Shown here piece after piece: positions 43,376 through 53,064 of a DNA stretch of 64,000 bases; within the stretch, counting starts at the first letter, position 1; each line of letters begins with the position of its first letter. The translations under genes and the position numbers were made by a program. The notes below the pieces were generated by a model that worked only from the letters and a program-made list of their open reading frames with translations, made no database searches and was not told the origin of the DNA. Location of the stretch: NCBI GenBank assembly GCA_016432645.1, contig CP066698.1:517062-581061 (forward strand), read 5' to 3'. The DNA is from Candidatus Falkowbacteria bacterium. Its GTDB lineage: Bacteria > Patescibacteriota > Patescibacteriia > Patescibacteriales > UBA12465.

Positions 43376-46300
43376 TTAATTACTCTTATTATCCCAATTA
43401 TCCCAGATGTTAACGATTATTTGACCGTTAAGGTTTCCGTATGGTTGTTTAAATTCATTCAATCCATAATAATGATAGAAAACATGGGGGTTATTAGAGT
43501 CGCTTCTTTGGTCTTGGCCGGTAATTGCCTGCTTACTACCATCACCCCAATTAATATAAATCATCTTTAATGGCTGCTGTTCAGGGTTAACTGTAGTGTT
43601 AAATTCTAGGCTATAGACACCGGAAGCACTAACAGTCATATTCTTATCAACGCCGTTAAACTTCAATTTTATATTTTCAACTCTCGGCAAGGTCCCATTT
43701 TGCCCAGCTGGCGGCAACCAACCGCCATTATCATCCGGCAGATAAACGCCGGTCTGATACTTAAAGGCGCCATAAGATTGCAGGAAGAGCGTGCTCAGTA
43801 TTTGCTTAGTGGTCGCGGAATCAGGAGCTGTCGTCCATAACGGCCGGCAGACACCGAAACCGCCATCGGAACAGGTTTTTCTATTTATATAATCATTATC
43901 GGTTTGGGTAGTCTGAATAACCGTTGTGCAACTCGTAGTCTCTGTTTGACAAGTGCCCGGTTGATCAACAACCCAGGTACACGCACCATCCATATCGCAG
44001 TCATAAAAATTATAACCCCGGCACGCATAATTACTAGCATTGTTCAAATCTTCACAATGGGCATTTTCGCCTACGCAAACTTGGTTACTGGTTGAACAAT
44101 TATCATAATAACTGTTACAACTAACCCCGGAATCAGTATAAGATGTTGAACAATTTTGGCTGGAAGTGACTCCTACCGGATTAAACACGCACATCACGCT
44201 CGGATTTTCACTACAATAACCGATGTTATTGCAGGCAGCGCCAGTACAACCATAAGGGCGGCCGCCGAATGCTTTGATATTATCTTTTTGATAATATTGG
44301 TTTTGTAGATAGACCGGACCACTATTTAATAAATCATAACTGCTCGGCAAAACCGCAGCGCCAAAAGGAATGCCATTGCGCAGACGACCATAGGCGCTCA
44401 AACCATTGGCAGCAGCGACATCATTAAAGAAAATTGGGGTGTTGGTAGCATAAGCAGGATCAGCCAAAATTCCAGTTCTACCGGTCCAAGCTTTATTATC
44501 GCCATTCCCGGCGACAACTTGCGCAAAACTGCCGCAAGTAAAGTTGAAGACGTCGCTCCGGTCGCCATTAACAGCTGCTAGATATTTCAGACCAGATTCA
44601 TCAAAGGCGGGATAGTTATTATCATGAATTCTAATAGGTGGGTCGGCATTTTTAGCTTCATCGATCGGTTCACATTGGCCGGCAGCAGAATCGCTGCATT
44701 CTCGGACAGTTTGAGTAACAAATTTGCCGTCATATTTTACCCAGGCAGAATCAAAAAACTTTATATTAGCACAGGTGGTGCCGGCAATGCCGCCAGCAAA
44801 TTTTAATGATTGCGCGTTAGTTTCAGGCCCGACGCCAAAAAGGAAATTAGTGCCGCCCTTGGCAGTTTCTCTAGGGACGCAATACAAATAATAATTATTC
44901 CAATTATCACTGCCTTCAACATCATCCAATAGAATCCCGCGATAATTTACTGAATCGCCGCAGTAGGCAGCAACAGTACTAGTCGCTAATTCCTTACATT
45001 GTTCACTTTGAACGCCGTCAATCAGAGTCCAGCCGTCTTTAAGCTGGCGGTTATAAATAAGTTTTGTCGTAATCTTCTTAGCAAAGGAAATATTAGCATC
45101 AATATTAGTACAATAGCTTAAGCTGGTCGGACCGGAGTAGCCTAAACTTTGGCGGCCTAAAACCGAAGAGCTAACTCTGTCAGCCGGATACCAGCTGATA
45201 CAAACTGAAGGATTATCTTTATCGTGTTCCAAACAATAACCCTCTAAACCATCCTTAATAACGTTAGTGCTTTGATTTTTACAACTTAAACTATCATTGG
45301 TTGGATACAGCCGACATTCACGCGCTGCATATTGGTTATTACCCATATCCAGCACCGGCTCAATATTAATATCATCAAAGTATACTTCACCGGCCTGAGT
45401 ATTGTCAGACGAAAGCCGAATTCTGACCTGAACATTATTAGAACCGGAATTGCCAGAATTAAAAGCGCTAATTTTTCTAGTCCAGCCGTTAGGGCTGGCG
45501 ACGGTAAATTGAGTAGTGGTTAATGAACCCTTTACTTCAATAGTAATTTTAGCGCCAGCGCTGGAATTTTTAGTGTTGACTAAATAATTCAAATAATAAT
45601 CTTGATTAGGTGATAAATTAATCCAAGAATTTGCTGACATTGGGTAAACGTTATAAACTGACGGCACCTTCAAATAGCTCTTGCCGGAGACCGGATAATC
45701 AACCGTGGCCTTTTCCGGTTCCCGAACTAATAGATTTTTAACAATGCTATCAAACAGACATGGCCCACCACCAACACGAACGCAAGATATTGGCGGAATA
45801 ATTTCTTCAAAATCATAATGAGCTTCGCTGTTCAAACCGACCTCTTTCATATTACCGATGTTATTCGGAGCCAAAGACCCGGCACTTAAAGAAGAATAGC
45901 CGGTAGCATTTTCAAAGGCTGGCGGCGTTGAGCTGGCAATAAAATTATTACATTCCCCCTTATCATTTAAACTATTACATTGTTGCAGAGAGTAACAAAT
46001 TTTGGCTCCGGTTTCTGGATCAGTGGCATAAGTTGTACATCCTAACCAGCTAGCACAGACTCTGTCTGGTCTAACTTTTATAAGCTGGTTAGCGGCACAA
46101 GAACCACTAATAGCGGAATCACATTTTTCTGGGGAGTGCTTTTCCAGAGTGGCATACGGGTCAAAAGCGCCGGTTAATTTTGCATAACTGATGGCTGCCG
46201 GAGTGCTGCTGGCACTAGAAATTGTTCTCTCGTTGAACAGAATACAGCCATTGCTAAAATCTTCAATGCCATTACAACTGCCCTTATCTAAAGCATTTTC

Positions 46301-49300
46301 CAATTGATAGCCAATCGCCGCTTCTCTCAAATCGGCCGAATTAGGAGATACGGTTATCGCCGTATTTTCAAAAGAATTAAAGATAATCGCCTTAGCAGTG
46401 GCATTAATCATTAAATTGGTAGTTGAGGCGCTATAATTATTATTAGCCAAAAGGGTACGGACAGGAGAGCTAAAAATGATAGGCAAGTTAGAGTTATTCT
46501 TGCGTTCTATCACGTAAAGAGTGTTCTTTTTTATTTTTACCGAATTGTTCGAAATATTTAGGTTCGGATTAAGCTTGCTGACCGGATCGATATATTCACT
46601 GCAAGTTGAAGCTTGAATTTCACATAAAGCCGCCTCTTTACTCGGAACTGGGACCCGATTACCCTCACCGCCTAAACCTATGGTCTTCAAATAAGAGACT
46701 TCGCAAGGATAATCATTATTATCAATAATACAAGGCTTGCCGGCGCAATCATTAGCGCTCAAGCAGCTAGGATAATTTTTCTCAGTACCAGCAATTTGGC
46801 CGTTGGAATCAGCGTCGCAGCGCTTAACCGGGGCTAAATACCAGCTCTTCTGGGAAGCAGTGGTAGCCGCAGTTCCCGCCGAAGCATTGCGATAAACACA
46901 AACTTTATTTCCTGGGTCGCGGAAATAGCTCAGGCCGCCGTCCTCAACATCCTTCCATTCCTCACAGCCGACGCCTTCTTGACCGCACAAAATCGTGTCA
47001 TATTTATTAGGATTGTTTTTCTTGAAAACATCAGAATAAATTTTGCCCGAACCAGAAACCTGGGATTGCCCCAACAAGCTGCAGCCTAAATCGGCTTGAT
47101 TACATTGCTTGCTCTTGTCATAAATAACATACATCGCGCTGTCAGCCTTAACTTTAGTACAATTCAATTCGCTAGCATCACATTGGCCGTTACGGTTATC
47201 ATCTCCCCAAAGGCCGACACCATAAGGATTATAATTTTGCGTGCTGATTACCTGTTCGCAGCCGACCGAAGCGGAATCGCAAATACCAGAGAAGGAGCGG
47301 AGATTATGGTTAACGCTGGAGCGGTCAGAATAAGCCGCGCAACCTAAATTGTAATCCGCACCCTGATAGGTGTCATAAATATCATAGAAACAAACATTAG
47401 GAATCTGACTGGAATTTTTAATTAAATAATAACGATCGGTAATTTCCGTTAAAATAAAGTTATCAAAATAGAAATTGCCATTAGCGGTTATGGCTAAAAT
47501 TTCAGTAGCCGCGACTTCATGGTCCAGGTTATCTAAATTAGCGGAATAAACTTGCCAAGCGCCGCCGCCAGCCACGCGCAACGTATTGCCATTATTAAAG
47601 GAGGATTTAGCACCAGTGTTTTTATTATAGAAATAAATCTTCAAATCAGCGCCGCCAGCTGAACTGGCTAAAAATTTAACATTATATGATTTACCTTGAG
47701 ATACGCCATTACCAACTTTCAACTGAGCAGCTAGATTGTCGCCGGCAAAAATCTGCTTAATAAGCGGACTGCTCTTAGCTAAAACATGGGTATCGCTGCC
47801 GATAGCCGAACAAGCGCTGGCACTATTATTATATAATAATGAGTGGCCATTCTTGCTGCTGGAAATAGCGGCTAAACTGATACCGTTAGTGCAATTAGAA
47901 GTCCAAGAACTGGTAGTATTTTCAAAATCATAAGAAGAAACTAGGCGAACATTATTACCGGTGTTGCCATTATATTCACGGCAACCGCTCTCGGAAGCGC
48001 TGCAGGTTTTCCCTTCTCCCGGAATTCCTTGATACACACAAGCTTGATGAGTGCTATTCCAAACACCGCCATTAGTACAAACGGCACAAGCGCCAGCGGC
48101 AGCATCCCAATGTTTCTCCACGCCGGTACATTGCGCTTGCGGAAATTGAGGATCATAATTCTTATCGGTCAAGCGATAAGCGCGGCAATCATCAGAACAA
48201 GTAATTACTCGGGAATTTAAATGATAGAAAACCTGGCCGGCAGCATTATAAAATTCGCGGCAATCAGCATTATAAAGCGGGCTATTAACCGAGGCATTAT
48301 AAATGGCCGCGTTGCACAAAGCGCTATCGTCAGAAGTTACCGCCGGTCCATTATTATTAGTATCTTGTTTTAAGCTGGATAATTTTAATTGATAACCGTT
48401 ATCCGTGCCCTCCCAAGAATAAAAACTGGCACAGGTTGCTTGACTTGGTTTAACACACTGCTTTAAGGCCGAATAGTATTCTTTCTGTTCGCCGCCAGCG
48501 GCCACATCGTCTAAGTTAGTAAATTCATTACAACCAACCGCTTCCGCGTTACAAACCTTGGCAGTTTTAGGAATTAAATTTTCCGCCACTGGGGGGTTAA
48601 AATAAGTTTGTCGAGAAACATAGACATCATAGCCAACGCACTCTGATGGACAATAATCAACATTCGAAACTTTGGCCGGAACTGAGAAAACATTGTTTTT
48701 TACTGACTTAAAGAGTTCGCAGCCAACTTCTTCAGAGGCGCATTTGCGGGCATAATTTTTACATTTAGCCGGCGCATCGGCCTTCAAATGATAGCTTAAA
48801 CCATCGGCACTGTTTTCATAACAAGCGCTTTCTAAGTAAGACGGCAATAATTTTTGATAAGTTTTAGAAGCGCCATAAGAACTGTAGCCGGTGTCCCAAT
48901 CACTCATTTCAAATTTAATATTTTTAACATATAGAACTACCTGCCCGGAGCCAGAAGCGGTGATGGAGAACATTAATTGACTGAGATTAACTGCTTTTCC
49001 GACGACGCTCGCATGCTGCCAAGAACCGCTAGTACTGGTTTGATAAACCGTTTGATTAACCCCAGCCGGACCGATAGTCAACTTAACATTATTACCGGTT
49101 GCCAAATAAACATCGGCGCTTAAAGTATATGATTGGCCGGCTACCAAATCTAAATTGGACGGCAATAAAGAATTGCTGGAATCAGAAAATACCGAAACAA
49201 TACCGGTGTTACTGGATAATTTCAAAGCCTTGCCGCTAAAAGTGCCGGGCTCAACCGCGCTGTCAACAATTATCGCCTGAAAAGAGCCGCCAGCCGCTAA

Positions 49301-51529
49301 TGGCCAGCCGTTTAAAAAGGAATTGGTTGAAGAAGCGCCAATCGCTTCACCGCTAAAATCGGAATCCATGACTAAATTTGCGCCCCAAGTCGGCTTGATT
49401 CTGATAAATTCGGAACAGCCCTCATCTTTAGAGGAACAGTTTTCCGCATTTTTATTTAAATAAACATTTTGAGCTGGATTCCAGGTAATTATCCCGCTAG
49501 CTGAATTATAAGAACCGGTGTTAGAATATTCTTTACAGCCGGCATTTTCTAAACTGCAATTTCCATAATCAAGCGTATTTTCCAAATAAGCAATTTTTTG
49601 GTTAGAGGAAGTGTTGGTAAAGGCTTGGCAAGTATTGTTAATCGGAGCGCAAGCGTCGCCATCAAAGCTCCAAGTTCTCTTTTCTTCATTACAATAGCCG
49701 AAAGCATCGCAGCCACCGCTGCTGTTTTCCTTGATACAGCTTTGATTATCAGCACAATAATTTTCCGCGCGCACCACGGAAATTTGGCTGGCAACGTATT
49801 CACTATATTGAGTGGCGGCCTGTGAAGGAGTAACATTCTTATTTAAAATCTGTGCACTGACTCCTTCTTTTTTACAAAAATTAAGCGGCGCTTTCAAAAC
49901 CCAATTTGGATCAATCAAACCGGTGCACCAGGCTTGATTATTAACATCAAAATCAGAGCTAAAAGCGCTATATTCATCATCGGGCGCAAAACAAGAAACT
50001 AAATCTCCCAAAGTTGCTTTAGTTTTATTATCAGGATTAGCAATATTATAATTTTTAATTTTTTGCAGAGCCGCCTCCCAGCTTACCGGTAAAATACGGT
50101 ATTCTCGTAAAATAGAGATATTGCGCCAAGAATAACTGCTTTCATAACTTCCGGGCAAGCTATCAACCGTTAATTGCCAATCGCCATGGAGATAACCGCT
50201 AGCGATGGCTTCAGCGACCGTCTTTTTTTCGCTTATCCCCTGCATAAGCTTGCTGTCAATTACGCAGTTAGTCGGTCCCGGATTATTTTTATCCGGACAA
50301 GTGGCTAGTTCCGATAAAATATCATATTGGGAACCATTGCCAAAATTAGGAGTGATGAGTTTAGTCGTAACCGCCTTAAGAGCTACTTCCCCACCGCCAG
50401 AACCCGGGTCGCTTTCATTAGTTGTCCCAGTAATAGCGGCGGTACCGGCAGTTTTCTTGCCGATATTCTGCATTAAATTATTAAAAGCGGAAATCGCCAG
50501 TTGGTTTAAAAAGACATTAGCGGCATCAATAAAAGCATCACCGGTATATTTACCAAAGTTAGCAGCATATTCCGCTGATTTAGATTCAACTTGAAGCTGT
50601 GCGGCGTTCGGGAGAGTTTTGGAGGTGCCGCCAATAGATAAAGAATCCAGCCAGCCGCCCTTACCCAATAAAGTGGTTTTAGCCACTGATTCGGCTTCAA
50701 TTTTTTCGCCCATCATATCGGTACTGGCGGTCCAATAAATTCCTAAATCACTGGAGGTAGGGTCAAATAAGCTAGGCAAAGTTTTTTCCAAAAAATCAGG
50801 GCTGGTGACATCCTTGTACTTAGCCGCGGCATCGCTCCAATTCTTAACCATTTGCGAAGCAGTACAGCTTGGTCCTTGAGGGCGGCTCTGGTTAGCCAAT
50901 CCTAAACCAATTTTAACTTTTGATTCTAAAGAAGATGGCTGGCAAAAATTAACGGTTAAACCGCTAGATTTGACTCCGGCAGCGCAGCTATTAGCGGTTT
51001 TTTGACAAGCGGCGTTACAATTTAAAGCTTCAGTTGAACCGGTCTGACCGTCATAACGACTAGCACATTTACTAAGACAGCTTTGATAATCTTCGGTACA
51101 ACCGGCAGTACTATTACTGCCTTCGGAATAATTATTAGCAAAATTTTCTAAAAAAGTTCCCGCGGCTTCGTCGCCAATTTGCGCCATATAGGCGCCCCAA
51201 TCCTGAGTAACAAATAATGGCTTCTGTCCTTGTCCGCCGGAACCAACCCAATTAGCCGTATCATAAGCCATTTTATTCAAAGCGGTTCTAAGAGTTTGCT
51301 GGAAAGCGAGTGAAGCGCTTTTTTTCAAAAGATCTCCTGATATCTTGGTAATTTTGTCCCAAATTAATTTGGGGATATCAGTGACGACCATCTGAGCTCT
51401 GGCGACTTTTATTGGAACCAGCGCGACAGTAAAGATTAAAACAGAAAACAGCACAAAAACTTTGATTTTTTGGCTTAAAGCTTGATGCTGCTTCTTTGAA
51501 AATAAAGAAGGCTTCATTTTATTCTTCAT
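43376..51529 (-). CDS. Giant (2717 aa) Cys-rich secreted/surface protein with an N-terminal membrane anchor
   Basis: A single uninterrupted ORF with an N-terminal TM (VFVLFSVLIFTVALVPIKVA) and very many Cys residues throughout. The C-terminal YINWGDGSKQ...HVFYHYY region is PKD-like. Confidence 0.7.
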   Translation of the reverse strand: MKNKMKPSLFSKKQHQALSQKIKVFVLFSVLIFTVALVPIKVARAQMVVTDIPKLIWDKITKISGDLLKKSASLAFQQTLRTALNKMAYDTANWVGSGGQGQKPLFVTQDWGAYMAQIGDEAAGTFLENFANNYSEGSNSTAGCTEDYQSCLSKCASRYDGQTGSTEALNCNAACQKTANSCAAGVKSSGLTVNFCQPSSLESKVKIGLGLANQSRPQGPSCTASQMVKNWSDAAAKYKDVTSPDFLEKTLPSLFDPTSSDLGIYWTASTDMMGEKIEAESVAKTTLLGKGGWLDSLSIGGTSKTLPNAAQLQVESKSAEYAANFGKYTGDAFIDAANVFLNQLAISAFNNLMQNIGKKTAGTAAITGTTNESDPGSGGGEVALKAVTTKLITPNFGNGSQYDILSELATCPDKNNPGPTNCVIDSKLMQGISEKKTVAEAIASGYLHGDWQLTVDSLPGSYESSYSWRNISILREYRILPVSWEAALQKIKNYNIANPDNKTKATLGDLVSCFAPDDEYSAFSSDFDVNNQAWCTGLIDPNWVLKAPLNFCKKEGVSAQILNKNVTPSQAATQYSEYVASQISVVRAENYCADNQSCIKENSSGGCDAFGYCNEEKRTWSFDGDACAPINNTCQAFTNTSSNQKIAYLENTLDYGNCSLENAGCKEYSNTGSYNSASGIITWNPAQNVYLNKNAENCSSKDEGCSEFIRIKPTWGANLVMDSDFSGEAIGASSTNSFLNGWPLAAGGSFQAIIVDSAVEPGTFSGKALKLSSNTGIVSVFSDSSNSLLPSNLDLVAGQSYTLSADVYLATGNNVKLTIGPAGVNQTVYQTSTSGSWQHASVVGKAVNLSQLMFSITASGSGQVVLYVKNIKFEMSDWDTGYSSYGASKTYQKLLPSYLESACYENSADGLSYHLKADAPAKCKNYARKCASEEVGCELFKSVKNNVFSVPAKVSNVDYCPSECVGYDVYVSRQTYFNPPVAENLIPKTAKVCNAEAVGCNEFTNLDDVAAGGEQKEYYSALKQCVKPSQATCASFYSWEGTDNGYQLKLSSLKQDTNNNGPAVTSDDSALCNAAIYNASVNSPLYNADCREFYNAAGQVFYHLNSRVITCSDDCRAYRLTDKNYDPQFPQAQCTGVEKHWDAAAGACAVCTNGGVWNSTHQACVYQGIPGEGKTCSASESGCREYNGNTGNNVRLVSSYDFENTTSSWTSNCTNGISLAAISSSKNGHSLLYNNSASACSAIGSDTHVLAKSSPLIKQIFAGDNLAAQLKVGNGVSQGKSYNVKFLASSAGGADLKIYFYNKNTGAKSSFNNGNTLRVAGGGAWQVYSANLDNLDHEVAATEILAITANGNFYFDNFILTEITDRYYLIKNSSQIPNVCFYDIYDTYQGADYNLGCAAYSDRSSVNHNLRSFSGICDSASVGCEQVISTQNYNPYGVGLWGDDNRNGQCDASELNCTKVKADSAMYVIYDKSKQCNQADLGCSLLGQSQVSGSGKIYSDVFKKNNPNKYDTILCGQEGVGCEEWKDVEDGGLSYFRDPGNKVCVYRNASAGTAATTASQKSWYLAPVKRCDADSNGQIAGTEKNYPSCLSANDCAGKPCIIDNNDYPCEVSYLKTIGLGGEGNRVPVPSKEAALCEIQASTCSEYIDPVSKLNPNLNISNNSVKIKKNTLYVIERKNNSNLPIIFSSPVRTLLANNNYSASTTNLMINATAKAIIFNSFENTAITVSPNSADLREAAIGYQLENALDKGSCNGIEDFSNGCILFNERTISSASSTPAAISYAKLTGAFDPYATLEKHSPEKCDSAISGSCAANQLIKVRPDRVCASWLGCTTYATDPETGAKICYSLQQCNSLNDKGECNNFIASSTPPAFENATGYSSLSAGSLAPNNIGNMKEVGLNSEAHYDFEEIIPPISCVRVGGGPCLFDSIVKNLLVREPEKATVDYPVSGKSYLKVPSVYNVYPMSANSWINLSPNQDYYLNYLVNTKNSSAGAKITIEVKGSLTTTQFTVASPNGWTRKISAFNSGNSGSNNVQVRIRLSSDNTQAGEVYFDDINIEPVLDMGNNQYAARECRLYPTNDSLSCKNQSTNVIKDGLEGYCLEHDKDNPSVCISWYPADRVSSSVLGRQSLGYSGPTSLSYCTNIDANISFAKKITTKLIYNRQLKDGWTLIDGVQSEQCKELATSTVAAYCGDSVNYRGILLDDVEGSDNWNNYYLYCVPRETAKGGTNFLFGVGPETNAQSLKFAGGIAGTTCANIKFFDSAWVKYDGKFVTQTVRECSDSAAGQCEPIDEAKNADPPIRIHDNNYPAFDESGLKYLAAVNGDRSDVFNFTCGSFAQVVAGNGDNKAWTGRTGILADPAYATNTPIFFNDVAAANGLSAYGRLRNGIPFGAAVLPSSYDLLNSGPVYLQNQYYQKDNIKAFGGRPYGCTGAACNNIGYCSENPSVMCVFNPVGVTSSQNCSTSYTDSGVSCNSYYDNCSTSNQVCVGENAHCEDLNNASNYACRGYNFYDCDMDGACTWVVDQPGTCQTETTSCTTVIQTTQTDNDYINRKTCSDGGFGVCRPLWTTAPDSATTKQILSTLFLQSYGAFKYQTGVYLPDDNGGWLPPAGQNGTLPRVENIKLKFNGVDKNMTVSASGVYSLEFNTTVNPEQQPLKMIYINWGDGSKQAITGQDQRSDSNNPHVFYHYYGLNEFKQPYGNLNGQIIVNIWDNWDNKSN

Positions 51530-52173
51530 TATTGATTATTTAAAACTTCTTGATAACTTTTTAAAAGATCGGCATCCGTAATTGCATCTAACATTGCTTT
51601 ATCGGCGCCGTTGTCTAATAAAATTTGTCTAAGGGTCGGAGCATCAACTTGACCGGCGAGAGCATTCCTTAAGTCAGTTTCGCTGGTGCTGGAAGAAACA
51701 TTAATTGTCCCTAGTCCGCCAGCTTGAGAATAGTCCGTACTGCTCGTGTTACTAATTGTGGAGTCGGTGCCGGTGGCCACCTCAATCGCAAAGTTATTGC
51801 CGCCGACACAATTTTGGCCGAGCGGACAATTAGCATCAGTTCCATTTTTAACTTCCACGTTATCTGCTAAACCGTCGCTATCGGAATCTTCTAAGTAAGG
51901 CGATGTTTGATAAACATTAAACTCATCATAATCTGACAAGCCGTCGCTATCAGTATCTTTATTGGCGGTATCAATAGCACTATCAACCGTTGCTAGCCCG
52001 CTGACATCAACTTGGAAAGGACTGACAACTCTATTTCTAAACTGCAAGGCGCCAAAAAATAAAATTACTATTCCTAGGCTCAACAAAATAACCACGGCCG
52101 TTTTTTGCGGGCGCGGCATGTTCTTAAAACTAAAATCGGGAGAGTTGTTGTCTGAAAAATTAGACCCGGGCAT
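51529..52173 (-). CDS. Membrane-anchored protein with thrombospondin type-3-like calcium-binding repeats
   Basis: TM helix, then DTDSDGLSDYDE and DSDSDGLADNVE repeats. Its stop overlaps the giant gene's start by 1 nt. Confidence 0.55.
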   Translation of the reverse strand: MPGSNFSDNNSPDFSFKNMPRPQKTAVVILLSLGIVILFFGALQFRNRVVSPFQVDVSGLATVDSAIDTANKDTDSDGLSDYDEFNVYQTSPYLEDSDSDGLADNVEVKNGTDANCPLGQNCVGGNNFAIEVATGTDSTISNTSSTDYSQAGGLGTINVSSSTSETDLRNALAGQVDAPTLRQILLDNGADKAMLDAITDADLLKSYQEVLNNQ

Positions 52174-52216
52174 AAATGAAATCTCAGCACTCTTAAAGAG
52201 CGGCTAATTGATTTTA

Positions 52217-53062
52217 TTATACCATAAACGCGCTAAGCTCCGCAAATAATTTACGCCAATCAGCGAGACTTAAATCTTCCGCGCGCACTTTAATATCCAG
52301 ACCAATTTTATTTAAAGTATTAATAATTATTTCTGGTTTAATTTTTAAGCCGCCAGCCAGATTATTTTTTAACATTTTTCGTTTAGCGCTGAACCCGGCT
52401 TTGGCCATTCTAAAAAATAACTTATCAATTTCGGCATCATGTGCTTCCGGCCTTACGGCAATTTTAATAATAGCACTATCAACTTTTGGTTCCGGCCAAA
52501 AATTACCGGCGGGAACGTTTTTAATTATTGTGGCATCGGCATAATACTGAACCGAAAGTGCCAGTAAGCTCATATCCGGAGGCTGGGCGACAATTCTTTC
52601 GGCTACCTCCTTTTGCAACATCAAGACTAACAACTCTGGACGGCGATTGCCTGATAAAACCATTCTTAAAAAAATAGACGTGATATTATAAGGCAAATTA
52701 GCGACAATTTTATAATTTCCAGGAAACTCAGCCGGCAAGTTAAATTTTAAAATATCTAAATTAACCACTTTAACCTTCTCTTCATCGCTAGCACCAAAAC
52801 CAATCTTCAAATAATCAGCTAATTCATCATCAAGCTCTACCGCCACCACGCGAGCAGCTTCCTTTTTTAATTTAACCGTTAAAAATCCCAAACCGGGGCC
52901 AACTTCTAAAACTTCATCGGTGTCCTCTAACTCAGCCGCCTTAATAATATCATTGTAAATTTTTTCATTAACTAAAAAATTCTGCCCCTTGGAACGCTTG
53001 GGGTTAATGCCTATTAAGCGGCAAATTTCTCTGGTTTTAGATAACAAATCTTCCATCTTCAA
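52217..53062 (-). CDS. rsmA: 16S rRNA (adenine1518/1519-N6)-dimethyltransferase
   Basis: KSKGQNFL, VLEVGPGLG and NLPYNI motifs. Confidence 0.85.
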   Translation of the reverse strand: MKMEDLLSKTREICRLIGINPKRSKGQNFLVNEKIYNDIIKAAELEDTDEVLEVGPGLGFLTVKLKKEAARVVAVELDDELADYLKIGFGASDEEKVKVVNLDILKFNLPAEFPGNYKIVANLPYNITSIFLRMVLSGNRRPELLVLMLQKEVAERIVAQPPDMSLLALSVQYYADATIIKNVPAGNFWPEPKVDSAIIKIAVRPEAHDAEIDKLFFRMAKAGFSAKRKMLKNNLAGGLKIKPEIIINTLNKIGLDIKVRAEDLSLADWRKLFAELSAFMV

Positions 53063-53064
53063 TT

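Noticed and set aside
43904-50700. Numerous 60-130-aa ORFs on the plus strand and in alternative minus-strand frames inside the giant gene, and similar ORFs inside leuS, recG, virB4-like, metK, ahcY and other genes
   Set aside because: All are nested within long, motif-supported ORFs on the opposite strand or in another frame. Their compositions are typical of antisense or alternative-frame readings.
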